Below are positions 1 through 11,894 of a stretch of 64,000 nucleotides of DNA, piece after piece. Every line of letters starts with the position of its first letter. Position 1 is the stretch's first letter. The position numbers and the translations under genes are program-made. The DNA comes from Escherichia phage ECML-363. Under the pieces are notes generated by a model. It had not been told where the DNA came from and ran no database searches. It was given only the letters and a program-made list of their open reading frames with translations. The DNA lies in the sequence record OL631483.1; one strand, 5' to 3'.

Positions 1-1497
1 GCATTAGGTTCTAACTGGACTGCGGAAATTTCTTCGTCTTCCTCTGGTTTAGCTGCAGTAATAACTCTTGGGAAAATTATTACTGATTCTGGTATTTTAT
101 TAGCTGAAATTGAAAATGCCGAAGCTGCTATGACAGCTGTTGACTTTCAGGCAAATCTCGAAAAATATGGAATTCCAGGAGTAGTAGCTCTTTATCCAGG
201 CGAGTTGGGCGATAAAATCGAAATTGAAATCGTATCTAAAGCTGACTACGCAAAAGGTGCTTCTGCATTACTGCCGATTTATCCAGGTGGCGGAACACGC
301 GCATCTACTGCCAAAGCAGTGTTTGGATATGGACCACAAACTGATTCACAATACGCTATTATAGTTCGTCGCAATGATGCTATTGTTCAAAGCGTTGTTC
401 TTTCAACAAAACGTGGTGAAAAAGATATTTACGATAGTAACATCTATATTGATGACTTTTTCGCAAAAGGTGGTTCAGAATATATTTTCGCAACTGCACA
501 AAACTGGCCAGAAGGCTTCTCTGGAATTTTAACTCTGTCTGGTGGATTATCATCAAATGCTGAAGTGACAGCAGGAGATTTGATGGAAGCTTGGGACTTC
601 TTTGCTGACCGTGAATCTGTTGATGTTCAGTTGTTTATTGCGGGTTCTTGCGCCGGTGAATCTTTAGAAACAGCATCTACTGTCCAAAAACACGTCGTTT
701 CAATTGGGGATGCTCGCCAAGATTGCTTAGTACTGTGCTCACCGCCGCGTGAAACTGTAGTTGGAATTCCTGTAACTCGTGCTGTTGATAACTTAGTCAA
801 CTGGAGAACCGCAGCAGGTTCATACACTGATAATAACTTTAATATCAGTTCAACCTACGCAGCAATTGATGGTAACTACAAATATCAGTATGACAAATAT
901 AATGATGTAAATCGTTGGGTTCCATTAGCAGCTGATATTGCTGGTTTATGCGCGAGAACAGATAACGTTTCTCAGACTTGGATGTCTCCAGCTGGTTATA
1001 ATCGCGGCCAAATTTTGAACGTTATTAAACTTGCTATTGAAACTCGCCAGGCGCAGCGCGATCGTTTATACCAAGAAGCTATCAACCCAGTAACTGGTAC
1101 AGGTGGTGATGGTTACGTATTGTATGGTGATAAAACAGCTACTTCTGTTCCTTCTCCATTTGATCGTATTAACGTTCGTCGTCTGTTTAATATGTTGAAA
1201 ACGAATATCGGACGTAGTTCAAAATATCGTTTATTCGAATTAAACAACGCGTTTACTCGTTCATCGTTCCGCACAGAAACTTCCCAGTACTTGCAGGGAA
1301 TTAAAGCTCTCGGTGGAATTTATGAATATCGTGTAGTTTGCGATACAACAAATAACACTCCGTCAGTAATTGATAGAAATGAGTTTGTTGCAACATTCTA
1401 CATCCAACCGGCTAGAAGCATTAACTACATTACCTTAAACTTCGTAGCAACTGCTACTGGTGCAGATTTCGATGAGTTAACTGGTCTTGCTGGTTAA
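1..1497 (+). CDS. 18: Tail sheath protein gp18, C-terminal ~499 aa; 5' end lies outside the window
   Basis: Reading frame is open from base 1 to the stop at 1497; followed by tail tube gene as in T4; length and position fit gp18 (659 aa in T4). Confidence 0.88.
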   Translation, partial: ALGSNWTAEISSSSSGLAAVITLGKIITDSGILLAEIENAEAAMTAVDFQANLEKYGIPGVVALYPGELGDKIEIEIVSKADYAKGASALLPIYPGGGTRASTAKAVFGYGPQTDSQYAIIVRRNDAIVQSVVLSTKRGEKDIYDSNIYIDDFFAKGGSEYIFATAQNWPEGFSGILTLSGGLSSNAEVTAGDLMEAWDFFADRESVDVQLFIAGSCAGESLETASTVQKHVVSIGDARQDCLVLCSPPRETVVGIPVTRAVDNLVNWRTAAGSYTDNNFNISSTYAAIDGNYKYQYDKYNDVNRWVPLAADIAGLCARTDNVSQTWMSPAGYNRGQILNVIKLAIETRQAQRDRLYQEAINPVTGTGGDGYVLYGDKTATSVPSPFDRINVRRLFNMLKTNIGRSSKYRLFELNNAFTRSSFRTETSQYLQGIKALGGIYEYRVVCDTTNNTPSVIDRNEFVATFYIQPARSINYITLNFVATATGADFDELTGLAG

Positions 1498-1591
1498 TAC
1501 GGTGCATTCTAAAGGCCTGTTTCGACAGGCCATATAAATACACTATATCCTTAATTCTTTAATTCTATATGCCCTAGGTTAAACATAGGGA

Positions 1592-1599
1592 TATAAATA
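1592..1599 (+). promoter_or_regulatory. T4-type late promoter (TATAAATA) for gene 19
   Basis: Exact TATAAATA 15 nt upstream of the gene 19 ATG; a second copy lies at 1533-1540. Confidence 0.7.
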
Positions 1600-1613
1600 C
1601 TACAGAGGCTAAT

Positions 1614-2105
1614 ATGTTTGTAGATGATGTAACACGAGCGTTTGAATCTGGTGATTTTGCTCGACCTAACTTATTCCAAGTAGAAATTTCTTATCTTGGA
1701 CAAAATTTTACGTTTCAATGTAAAGCCACTGCTTTACCAGCTGGTATTGTAGAAAAAATTCCAGTCGGATTCATGAACCGTAAAATTAACGTAGCAGGCG
1801 ATCGTACATTCGATGACTGGACTGTTACAGTAATGAACGATGAGGCACATGATGCTCGCCAGAAGTTTGTTGATTGGCAAAGCATTGCTGCTGGGCAAGG
1901 GAACGAAATTACTGGTGGAAAACCAGCAGAATATAAAAAGAGCGCTGTTGTTCGCCAATATGCTCGTGACGCTAAAACTGTAACAAAAGAAGTCGAAATT
2001 AAAGGCCTGTGGCCTACTAACGTGGGTGAACTTCAATTAGATTGGGATTCAAACAATGAAATCCAAACCTTTGAAGTAACTCTTGCTCTCGATTATTGGG
2101 AATAA
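1614..2105 (+). CDS. 19: Tail tube protein gp19
   Basis: 163 aa, sequence matches recalled T4 gp19 (MFVDDVTRAFESGDF...); ATG at 1614 preceded by TATAAATA late promoter. Confidence 0.93.
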   Translation: MFVDDVTRAFESGDFARPNLFQVEISYLGQNFTFQCKATALPAGIVEKIPVGFMNRKINVAGDRTFDDWTVTVMNDEAHDARQKFVDWQSIAAGQGNEITGGKPAEYKKSAVVRQYARDAKTVTKEVEIKGLWPTNVGELQLDWDSNNEIQTFEVTLALDYWE

Positions 2106-2110
2106 AATGA

Positions 2111-3762
<1,652 letters not shown>

Positions 3763-3763
<1 letters not shown>

Positions 3764-3999
3764 TGGAAGGTTTAATTGAAGCTATTAAATCAAACGACCT
3801 CGTAGCCGCTCGTAAATTATTTGCTGAAGCCATGGCTGCAAGAACGACTGATTTAATCAAAGAAGAAAAAATCACTATCGCTCGTAATTTCTTAATCGAG
3901 GGTGAAGAACCTGATGACGAGGATGACGACGAAGATAGCGATGATGATAAAGACGACAAAAAAGACAAAGACTCTGACGATGACGAGGATGATGAATAA
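3763..3999 (+). CDS. 67: Prohead core protein gp67 (acidic C-terminal tail)
   Basis: 78 aa with poly-Asp/Glu C-terminus, located between genes 20 and 68 as in T4. Confidence 0.8.
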
Positions 4000-4424
4000 T
4001 GATTCTAATCCCTGAAACTCATGAATTAGTTCTCGAGAATGTCGAAGCACTTATTCCTGAAGCACAGGGTCGCTTTGACGAGTTGTCTTCTGCTTTAAAT
4101 AAAGACGATATAAATAAAATTATCGAGAATATGCTTGATGATGAAACTGATTTAGCGGTTGCATTAGCTTCTATTAATGAAAATATGCCGTTAAATGAAT
4201 TTATCGTTAAACATGTTTCTGCCCGTGGTGAAATTACTCGCACTAAAGATCGCAAAACCCGCGAACGTAATGCATTTCAAACTACCGGGTTGTCTAAAGC
4301 AAAACGTAGACAAATTGCTCGTAAAGCTACCAAAACGAAGATTGCCAATCCAGCAGGTCAATCTCGTGCTCAGCGTAAGCGTAAAAAAGCTCTTAAACGC
4401 CGTAAAGCATTAGGATTAAGCTAA
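3999..4424 (+). CDS. 68: Prohead core protein gp68
   Basis: 141 aa, basic C-terminus, position between 67 and 21 as in T4. Confidence 0.75.
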   Translation: MILIPETHELVLENVEALIPEAQGRFDELSSALNKDDINKIIENMLDDETDLAVALASINENMPLNEFIVKHVSARGEITRTKDRKTRERNAFQTTGLSKAKRRQIARKATKTKIANPAGQSRAQRKRKKALKRRKALGLS

Positions 4425-5062
4425 TGAATGAACCCCAATTGCTAATTGAAACTTGGGGTCAACCTGGCGAAATTATTGATGGTGTGCCAATGCTTGAATC
4501 CCATGATGGGAAAGACTTAGGTTTAAAACCTGGTTTATACATCGAAGGAATATTCATGCAAGCAGAAGTCGTCAATAGAAATAAACGTCTTTATCCAAAA
4601 CGTATATTAGAAAAAGCGGTAAAAGACTATATTAATGAGCAAGTTTTAACTAAACAAGCTCTCGGAGAATTAAATCATCCTCCACGCGCTAATGTTGACC
4701 CGATGCAAGCCGCTATCATTATAGAAGATATGTGGTGGAAAGGAAATGACGTATACGGACGAGCTCGTGTTATTGAAGGTGACCATGGTCCTGGAGATAA
4801 ATTAGCAGCTAATATTCGTGCCGGATGGATTCCAGGAGTTTCTTCTCGTGGATTAGGTTCATTGACTGACACAAATAAAGGTTATCGTATCGTAAACGAA
4901 GGATTCAAATTAACTGTAGGTGTTGATGCAGTATGGGGTCCAAGTGCTCCAGATGCATGGGTAACTCCTAAGGAAATTACAGAATCACAGACGGCGGAAG
5001 CCGATACAAGTGCCGATGACGCCTATATGGCTCTCGCAGAGGCCATGAAAAAAGCGTTATAA
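4424..5062 (+). CDS. 21: Prohead core protease gp21
   Basis: 212 aa, the T4 gp21 length; start overlaps the gp68 stop (TAATG); synteny. Confidence 0.9.
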   Translation: MNEPQLLIETWGQPGEIIDGVPMLESHDGKDLGLKPGLYIEGIFMQAEVVNRNKRLYPKRILEKAVKDYINEQVLTKQALGELNHPPRANVDPMQAAIIIEDMWWKGNDVYGRARVIEGDHGPGDKLAANIRAGWIPGVSSRGLGSLTDTNKGYRIVNEGFKLTVGVDAVWGPSAPDAWVTPKEITESQTAEADTSADDAYMALAEAMKKAL

Positions 5063-5065
5063 ATA
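5058..5065 (+). promoter_or_regulatory. Late promoter TATAAATA for gene 22
   Basis: Exact TATAAATA ~28 nt upstream of the gene 22 ATG. Confidence 0.65.
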
Positions 5066-5092
5066 TTATTATCTAAACAACAGGACTACAAA

Positions 5093-5902
5093 ATGCTTAA
5101 AGAACAACTGATTGCCGAAGCGCAGAAAATTGATGCTTCCGTTGCTCTTGATAGTATTTTCGAATCAGTTAATATTTCTCCGGAAGCAAAAGAAACTTTC
5201 GGCACTGTATTCGAAGCTACCGTCAAGCAGCACGCCGTTAAATTAGCTGAATCTCATATCGCTAAAATTGCTGAAAAAGCAGAAGAAGAAGTAGAAAAAA
5301 ATAAAGAAGAAGCAGAAGAAAAAGCTGAGAAGAAAATCGCTGAGCAAGCTTCTAAATTCCTTGACCATCTTGCAAAAGAATGGCTCACTGAAAATAAATT
5401 AGCAGTAGATAAAGGTATCAAAGCCGAACTGTTTGAATCCATGCTTGGTGGATTGAAAGAGCTCTTCGTTGAACACAACGTTGTTGTTCCAGAAGAATCA
5501 GTTGATGTTGTAGCTGAAATGGAAGAAGAACTGCAAGAACATAAAGAAGAATCAGCTCGTCTGTTCGAAGAACTCAATAAGCGTGACGCATATATCAATT
5601 ATGTGCAGCGTGAAGTGGCATTGAGCGAAAGTACTAAAGATCTGACTGAGTCTCAAAAAGAAAAAGTCTCTGCTCTGGTCGAAGGTATTGATTATTCAGA
5701 TGCATTCTCAAGCAAATTGAGTGCCATCGTAGAAATGGTGAAGAAATCTAATAAAGATGAAAGCACTATTACTGAGAGTATAAATACTCCTGATACTGAA
5801 GCAGCCGGACTGAATTTCGTCACTGAAGCTGTAGAAGATAAATCTGCACAAGGTGCAGAAGATATTGTAAGTGTATATGCGAAAGTCGCATCTCGTTTCT
5901 AA
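5093..5902 (+). CDS. 22: Prohead scaffolding core protein gp22
   Basis: 269 aa, highly charged Glu/Lys-rich helical protein immediately upstream of the major capsid gene. Confidence 0.9.
   Translation: MLKEQLIAEAQKIDASVALDSIFESVNISPEAKETFGTVFEATVKQHAVKLAESHIAKIAEKAEEEVEKNKEEAEEKAEKKIAEQASKFLDHLAKEWLTENKLAVDKGIKAELFESMLGGLKELFVEHNVVVPEESVDVVAEMEEELQEHKEESARLFEELNKRDAYINYVQREVALSESTKDLTESQKEKVSALVEGIDYSDAFSSKLSAIVEMVKKSNKDESTITESINTPDTEAAGLNFVTEAVEDKSAQGAEDIVSVYAKVASRF
5779..5786 (+). promoter_or_regulatory. Candidate late promoter TATAAATA inside the 3' end of gene 22, upstream of gene 23
   Basis: Exact TATAAATA ~135 nt upstream of the gene 23 ATG. Confidence 0.45.
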
Positions 5903-5920
5903 TTTTAAAGGTTAACACAA

Positions 5921-7486
5921 ATGACTATCAAAACTAAAGCTGAACTTTTGAACAAATGGAAGCCATTACTGGAAGGTGAAGGTTTACCGGAAATTGCTAA
6001 TAGCAAACAAGCGATTATCGCTAAAATCTTTGAAAACCAGGAAAAAGATTTCCAGACAGCTCCGGAATATAAAGACGAAAAAATTGCTCAGGCATTCGGT
6101 TCTTTCTTAACAGAAGCTGAAATCGGTGGTGACCACGGTTATAATGCTACTAACATTGCTGCAGGTCAGACTTCTGGCGCGGTAACTCAGATTGGCCCAG
6201 CTGTTATGGGTATGGTACGTCGTGCTATTCCTAACCTGATTGCCTTCGATATTTGTGGTGTTCAGCCGATGAACAGCCCGACTGGCCAGGTATTCGCACT
6301 GCGCGCAGTATACGGTAAAGACCCAATCGCTTCCGGCGCTAAAGAAGCATTCCACCCAATGTATGGTCCAGATGCAATGTTCTCTGGTCAGGGTGCTGCT
6401 AAGAAATTCACAGCTCTGGCTGCTAGCACACAAACCACAGTAGGTGATATCTATACTCACTTCTTCCAGGACACTGGTACTGTGTATCTGCAAGCTTCTG
6501 CTCAAGTAACAATTAGTGCAAGCGCAACTGACGCAGCTAAATTAGATGCTGAAATTAAGAAACAAATGGAAGCTGGTGTACTGGTAGAAATCGCTGAAGG
6601 TATGGCTACTTCTATCGCTGAACTCCAGGAAGGTTTCAATGGTTCTACCGATAACCCATGGAATGAAATGGGCTTCCGTATCGATAAGCAAGTTATCGAA
6701 GCTAAATCTCGTCAGCTGAAAGCTGCTTACTCTATCGAATTAGCACAGGACCTCCGCGCTGTTCACGGTATGGATGCTGATGCTGAACTGTCTGGCATTC
6801 TGGCTACAGAAATTATGCTGGAAATCAACCGCGAAGTTGTTGATTGGATTAACTACTCAGCTCAGGTTGGTAAATCTGGTATGACCCTGACTCCGGGTTC
6901 TAAAGCTGGTGTATTTGACTTCCAGGACCCAATCGATATTCGTGGTGCTCGCTGGGCAGGTGAATCCTTTAAAGCTCTGTTGTTCCAGATTGACAAAGAA
7001 GCAGTTGAAATTGCTCGTCAGACTGGTCGCGGCGAAGGTAACTTCATTATCGCTTCCCGTAACGTAGTTAACGTTCTGGCTTCAGTTGATACCGGCATTT
7101 CTTATGCTGCACAGGGTCTGGCTACTGGCTTTAACACTGATACTACCAAGTCAGTATTTGCTGGTGTTCTGGGTGGTAAATACCGTGTATATATCGACCA
7201 GTATGCTAAACAGGATTATTTCACTGTAGGTTATAAAGGTCCGAACGAAATGGATGCTGGTATTTACTACGCTCCATATGTAGCTCTGACTCCACTGCGT
7301 GGTTCTGATCCGAAGAACTTCCAACCAGTAATGGGATTCAAAACTCGTTACGGTATCGGTATCAACCCATTTGCAGAATCCGCTGCTCAGGCTCCGGCTT
7401 CTCGCATCCAGAGCGGTATGCCTTCTATTCTGAATAGCCTTGGTAAAAACGCTTACTTCCGCCGTGTATATGTTAAAGGTATCTAA
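5921..7486 (+). CDS. 23: Major capsid protein gp23
   Basis: 521 aa, N-terminus MTIKTKAELLNKWKPLLEGEG matches T4 gp23. Confidence 0.97.
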   Translation: MTIKTKAELLNKWKPLLEGEGLPEIANSKQAIIAKIFENQEKDFQTAPEYKDEKIAQAFGSFLTEAEIGGDHGYNATNIAAGQTSGAVTQIGPAVMGMVRRAIPNLIAFDICGVQPMNSPTGQVFALRAVYGKDPIASGAKEAFHPMYGPDAMFSGQGAAKKFTALAASTQTTVGDIYTHFFQDTGTVYLQASAQVTISASATDAAKLDAEIKKQMEAGVLVEIAEGMATSIAELQEGFNGSTDNPWNEMGFRIDKQVIEAKSRQLKAAYSIELAQDLRAVHGMDADAELSGILATEIMLEINREVVDWINYSAQVGKSGMTLTPGSKAGVFDFQDPIDIRGARWAGESFKALLFQIDKEAVEIARQTGRGEGNFIIASRNVVNVLASVDTGISYAAQGLATGFNTDTTKSVFAGVLGGKYRVYIDQYAKQDYFTVGYKGPNEMDAGIYYAPYVALTPLRGSDPKNFQPVMGFKTRYGIGINPFAESAAQAPASRIQSGMPSILNSLGKNAYFRRVYVKGI

Positions 7487-7500
7487 TCTTTGACGATTTA

Positions 7501-7520
7501 AGGGACCTTCGGGTCCCTTT
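7501..7520 (+). terminator. Intrinsic terminator after gene 23
   Basis: AGGGACC-TTCG-GGTCCCT hairpin followed by TTT. Confidence 0.6.
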
Positions 7521-7534
7521 AGTTGTTTTTATGG

Positions 7535-7542
7535 TATAAATA
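7535..7542 (+). promoter_or_regulatory. Late promoter TATAAATA for gene 24
   Basis: Exact TATAAATA between the gene 23 terminator and the gene 24 ATG. Confidence 0.7.
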
Positions 7543-7569
7543 AATCATATAAACCAAAAGGAAAGCGCA

Positions 7570-8853
7570 ATGGCTAAAATCAACGAACTTCTGCGCGAAT
7601 CAACCACAACGAATAGCAACTCAATCGGTCGCCCAAATCTCGTTGCTTTGACTCGCGCTACCACTAAATTAATATATTCTGACATTGTAGCAACGCAAAG
7701 AACTAATCAACCTGTTGCTGCTTTTTATGGTATCAAATACCTTAACCCAGACAACGAATTTACATTTAAAACTGGTGCTACTTATGCTGGCGAAGCTGGA
7801 TATGTAGACCGAGAACAAATCACAGAATTAACAGAAGAGTCCAAATTAACTCTCAATAAAGGCGATTTATTCAAATATAATAACATCGTTTATAAAGTAT
7901 TAGAAGATACACCATTTGCTGATATTGAAGAAAGCGACTTAGAGTTAGCTCTTCAGATTGCAATCGTTCTTTTAAAGGTTCGTCTATTTTCTGATGCAGC
8001 ATCAACAAGCAAATTTGAAAGCTCTGATAGCGAAATTGCAGATGCTAGATTCCAGATTAATAAATGGCAAACCGCCGTTAAATCTCGTAAACTTAAAACT
8101 GGTATCACAGTTGAATTAGCACAAGATTTAGAAGCAAATGGATTTGATGCTCCTAATTTCTTGGAAGATTTGCTTGCAACTGAAATGGCAGATGAAATCA
8201 ATAAAGATATTCTGCAGTCTTTGATTACAGTATCAAAACGTTATAAAGTTACAGGAATTACTGATACTGGATTCATTGATTTGAGTTATGCATCTGCACC
8301 TGAAGCTGGTCGTTCATTATACCGAATGGTATGCGAAATGGTTTCGCATATCCAAAAAGAATCAACTTATACAGCAACGTTTTGTGTTGCTTCAGCTCGT
8401 GCCGCTGCGATTCTTGCTGCATCAGGTTGGTTAAAACATAAACCAGAAGATGATAAATATCTTTCACAAAATGCCTATGGGTTCTTAGCTAATGGTTTAC
8501 CGCTTTATTGCGATACTAACAGCCCATTAGATTATGTAATCGTTGGCGTAGTAGAAAATATCGGTGAAAAAGAAATTGTTGGATCAATTTTCTATGCTCC
8601 GTATACAGAAGGTCTCGACTTAGATGACCCTGAACATGTAGGTGCATTTAAAGTTGTTGTTGATCCAGAAAGCTTGCAACCGTCTATCGGTTTATTAGTT
8701 AGATATGCTTTATCTGCAAATCCTTACACCGTAGCAAAAGATGAAAAAGAAGCAAGAGTAATTGATGGTGGAGACATGGATAAAATGGCGGGTCGTTCAG
8801 ATTTGTCTGTTTTATTAGGTGTTAAGCTACCAAAAATTATCATTGATGAATAA
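7570..8853 (+). CDS. 24: Capsid vertex protein gp24
   Basis: 427 aa, gp23 paralog directly downstream, preceded by a terminator hairpin and late promoter. Confidence 0.93.
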   Translation: MAKINELLRESTTTNSNSIGRPNLVALTRATTKLIYSDIVATQRTNQPVAAFYGIKYLNPDNEFTFKTGATYAGEAGYVDREQITELTEESKLTLNKGDLFKYNNIVYKVLEDTPFADIEESDLELALQIAIVLLKVRLFSDAASTSKFESSDSEIADARFQINKWQTAVKSRKLKTGITVELAQDLEANGFDAPNFLEDLLATEMADEINKDILQSLITVSKRYKVTGITDTGFIDLSYASAPEAGRSLYRMVCEMVSHIQKESTYTATFCVASARAAAILAASGWLKHKPEDDKYLSQNAYGFLANGLPLYCDTNSPLDYVIVGVVENIGEKEIVGSIFYAPYTEGLDLDDPEHVGAFKVVVDPESLQPSIGLLVRYALSANPYTVAKDEKEARVIDGGDMDKMAGRSDLSVLLGVKLPKIIIDE

Positions 8854-8858
8854 AACAA

Positions 8859-8880
8859 AGGGACCTTTCGGTCCCTTTTT
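8859..8880. terminator. Bidirectional terminator between gene 24 and rnlB
   Basis: AGGGACC-TTTC-GGTCCCT hairpin flanked by A-run and T-run. Confidence 0.6.
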
Positions 8881-8882
8881 AT

Positions 8883-9887
8883 TTAACTTACCAATTCAAT
8901 CCAAGCCGGACGAAGTACATCTTGCACCATTTTAACTAATTCCTTTTTAATCAAAGAAGGATTATCCGCTTGAGTTAGAGTAATACCTTCACGAGAAGTT
9001 TCTTCCAAAATATCTTGGACAGTTAGCCCCATCACCTTTCCAAAATCCTTTAGACCAATTTCGCCAATTTTAGAAATAACGTTATTTACTCGGTTCAGTG
9101 TAACGTAACAAGCTAAAATTCCCACCAATTTGTTATCAGCTTCTGACAATTCAACTTTAGCTTTAATAGGCTTATCAGACTTTTTCTTTTCACTAAATTT
9201 AGAATTCTTGCATTTGATGGCTACACGATTGCGATTAGGCAGCCAAGAAGGATAACAAGGTTTCAATACATATCCTTCAGCGGTAAATACTTCGCCTTTG
9301 GCTTCGACATTCCAAACGCATTTATTTGCATCAACTAATCCAGCATGGTCTACTGTAAAATTATAATCTTGGACGACAGAATCTAAATCATTTGGCAATT
9401 TAATAAGCTCTTCAAATTTACCGCGACCTAAAAGTGGAGCCATTTTAAATTTAAATGTATTGCAGAATGATTCCATCATATAATCATCGACATAAGTCAC
9501 GTCACCACTTTCTGTAGTGACAATAATGTCAAATACATAGAAATCTTTATCACCATAATCAACATTCTTCTGAATGCCAGGTCCAGCGAATTCGCCAAAA
9601 ACTTGATAAGTCACAACAGCTGAAGTTTCCATAATATCTTGTACTGCTTTAATGGAATCAGCGTAATTCTTTAGAATAATTTCATACCCAAAGAAATCTT
9701 CAGCAGGAAGAATCGGTCCAGTACGTTTAGCGCAAGTTACTTTATCACGCTCAATAATCAATGAGAAATTTGTGCCGTGAATCTTTTCACGAGCTACCCA
9801 TTCGCCGCCAGTCAATCCCAAGCTATAAAGTTTTTCAATAAATTTAGAGTTGTAATGATTTTCAAGACTGCTATACTTTTTAAACAT
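8883..9887 (-). CDS. rnlB: RNA ligase 2 (Rnl2)
   Basis: 334 aa; nucleotidyltransferase lysine motif EKIHGTNFS near the N-terminus; position downstream of gene 24 as in T4. Confidence 0.85.
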   Translation of the reverse strand: MFKKYSSLENHYNSKFIEKLYSLGLTGGEWVAREKIHGTNFSLIIERDKVTCAKRTGPILPAEDFFGYEIILKNYADSIKAVQDIMETSAVVTYQVFGEFAGPGIQKNVDYGDKDFYVFDIIVTTESGDVTYVDDYMMESFCNTFKFKMAPLLGRGKFEELIKLPNDLDSVVQDYNFTVDHAGLVDANKCVWNVEAKGEVFTAEGYVLKPCYPSWLPNRNRVAIKCKNSKFSEKKKSDKPIKAKVELSEADNKLVGILACYVTLNRVNNVISKIGEIGLKDFGKVMGLTVQDILEETSREGITLTQADNPSLIKKELVKMVQDVLRPAWIELVS

Positions 9888-9896
9888 AATTAATCC

Positions 9897-10175
9897 TCAA
9901 AATGTAATTTCTAACCAATCACCATCACGCTGATCACTATTGACTTTAAAATTAAATCCTTCTTTTCTCAGCCAATCACCAATTTCTTCAGTAATCAATT
10001 TATCACGAGCAGTACAATAATAACTAAAATATGTTTTACCTTGTTCAGCTGCTTTATTAGCAAGTTCTGAAAAATCTTTAATAAAACACTCTAGTTTAAA
10101 CTGTTTACTTTTTAATGCTTTTTCACGTAATTGATTAGCAAAATATTCATTTTCATAAAGATCATACTGTTCCAT
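9897..10175 (-). CDS. Hypothetical protein (T4 24.2 position)
   Basis: 92 aa ORF with good coding continuity between rnlB and 24.3-like ORF. Confidence 0.6.
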   Translation of the reverse strand: MEQYDLYENEYFANQLREKALKSKQFKLECFIKDFSELANKAAEQGKTYFSYYCTARDKLITEEIGDWLRKEGFNFKVNSDQRDGDWLEITF

Positions 10176-10377
10176 TTTTCACCTTTTTATTAATGTGTCT
10201 TTTTCTATAGACAACTTTTTCTCGAGTCTCAAATTTATTCTTTGCAGTCATAGCTCGAGCCCATAATACAGCCACTTCTTTCGCCTGTAAGTTTAATTCA
10301 CGAGCAATTTCAATGAATGACTTTCCAGACTCATGAAGTGTAAACACCACAACTTCAGTTCTCATAATCAATCTCAT
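10162..10377 (-). CDS. Small basic hypothetical protein (T4 24.3 position), possible HTH
   Basis: 71 aa; helix-turn-helix-like segment SFIEIARELNLQAKEVAVLWAR. Confidence 0.5.
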   Translation of the reverse strand: MRLIMRTEVVVFTLHESGKSFIEIARELNLQAKEVAVLWARAMTAKNKFETREKVVYRKRHINKKVKNGTV

Positions 10378-10446
10378 GTTATCGAGTTGGTGCCATTATA
10401 TACATCATTTTCTGATTGTGTTTTGTGTGCTTTCAAAATGAAGAAA

Positions 10447-10463
10447 GGGGCCGAAGCCCCTTT
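10447..10463 (-). terminator. Terminator-like hairpin downstream of hoc
   Basis: GGGGC-CGAA-GCCCC hairpin followed by TTTC on the minus strand. Confidence 0.5.
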
Positions 10464-10466
10464 CGA

Positions 10467-11885
10467 TTATGGATAAGTATAGATGATACCAGTTTCTAAA
10501 GCAGTTTTATGGATGATGTATCCATTACGTGATTCTTGAACATCAACTTCTGGATAATCTTTCATCATCTTCTGAAGCGTATAACGATGCAAGTAGTACT
10601 TACTATCTGGATCTTCAGTTTTCCAATCTTTACCTTCTTCAGTCATTTTTTGGATTTCATCCATAACCCACCAACCGCACCAGATATAAGCTGAAGTACG
10701 ATGTGGAAGAGGATGAACATAAGGCAATTCACCTTCCGGTTCTGGAGCAACTTTATCAGTTACCTGAACTTGACCCGTCGTTTTAACTGTTTTGCTATCA
10801 TAATCAGTAGCAGTAACAGTTGCCGTAACTTCAATAGTTTGACTTCCAATAGATGAGGTATCAACGGTATATACATTAGTTGACCCTTCTACAGGAGAAG
10901 AATCTTTCTTCCATGAATAAGTAATTTGCGCTTCTTCTGGAGCATCAGTGACATTAGCAGTAAATGTAGCCGAAGCATCTTGCTGAACGTTAATAGAAGG
11001 AGGAGTCAATGTAACCTGTGGATTCATTGTCTTTTTATTAACAGTCAGTGATACTTCATTCGAAGTAACTTCCTTTTCATTGTAATTTTCTGCTGTTACT
11101 TGGGCTACGCATTTAATTCTTTTTACCCCACTTGTAGTTGGAGTATAGCTAAATGTAGAGTTAGTTTCTCCACCAACTTGAGAATCATCTACATACCATT
11201 TATATGTAGCAGACGCTCCATCAGGTTGAGAAGCTAAGGTAGCAGTAAATTGAACTGGGGTTCCAATTACTCCTGCTGGAGGACTATTAGGAGTTACTGC
11301 CAATGTAGTTGTCTGTGTCTTTTTATTAACAGTCAGTGATACTTCATTCGAAGTAACGGTTTTTTCATCATAATTTGTCGCGGTTACTTGAGCTACACAC
11401 TTGATTTTTTTAACTCCGCTGGCGGCAGGAGTGTAATTAAATGTAGCAGAAGTCGCTTCGTCTACAGGAGAATCGTCAACGTACCATTGATACGTAGCAG
11501 ATGCACCTGATGGCTGCGAAGCTAAGGCAGCAGTAAATTTAACAGCTGTTCCGATTACTCCAGCAGCGGGACTATTGGGAGTTACTGCCAATGTAGTTGT
11601 CTGAGTTTTGTTTTTGACTGTGATAGTTGTAGTAGCTTCTGCTGTTTCAGCTTCAGATTCTGGAACTGTATTTGTTGCAACAACTTTAATAGTCTTTTGA
11701 CCAGCAGGACCTTTTAATACATAATCAAAAGTTGCTTCAGACCCATCTTGTGGAGCATTATCTACACTCCAAGCATAAGTAATAGTTCCACCTCCAGTTT
11801 CACCACTGGGTGCAGCAGTAAACTGCTTGGTTTCATCAATAACCCCTGTCGGTGTTTTAGGAGTTATATCAACTGTAAAAGCCAT
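10467..11885 (-). CDS. hoc: Hoc, highly immunogenic outer capsid protein, with four tandem Ig-like domains
   Basis: 472 aa; ~96 aa Ig-like repeats (T4 Hoc has three in 376 aa); C-terminal capsid-binding region; position between 24.x and inh. Confidence 0.85.
   Translation of the reverse strand: MAFTVDITPKTPTGVIDETKQFTAAPSGETGGGTITYAWSVDNAPQDGSEATFDYVLKGPAGQKTIKVVATNTVPESEAETAEATTTITVKNKTQTTTLAVTPNSPAAGVIGTAVKFTAALASQPSGASATYQWYVDDSPVDEATSATFNYTPAASGVKKIKCVAQVTATNYDEKTVTSNEVSLTVNKKTQTTTLAVTPNSPPAGVIGTPVQFTATLASQPDGASATYKWYVDDSQVGGETNSTFSYTPTTSGVKRIKCVAQVTAENYNEKEVTSNEVSLTVNKKTMNPQVTLTPPSINVQQDASATFTANVTDAPEEAQITYSWKKDSSPVEGSTNVYTVDTSSIGSQTIEVTATVTATDYDSKTVKTTGQVQVTDKVAPEPEGELPYVHPLPHRTSAYIWCGWWVMDEIQKMTEEGKDWKTEDPDSKYYLHRYTLQKMMKDYPEVDVQESRNGYIIHKTALETGIIYTYP
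11028..11603 (-). repeat. hoc: 288 bp tandem repeat encoding duplicated Ig-like domains of Hoc
   Basis: Near-identical 40-mer at 11028 and 11316; a second ~26-mer recurs at 11290 and 11578; encoded 96 aa units are strongly similar. Confidence 0.8.
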
Positions 11886-11894
11886 AAGTTATCC

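Noticed and set aside
6107-6505. 132 aa ORF antisense within the major capsid gene
   Set aside because: Embedded antisense to gp23, no RBS, typical spurious ORF in a highly expressed gene.
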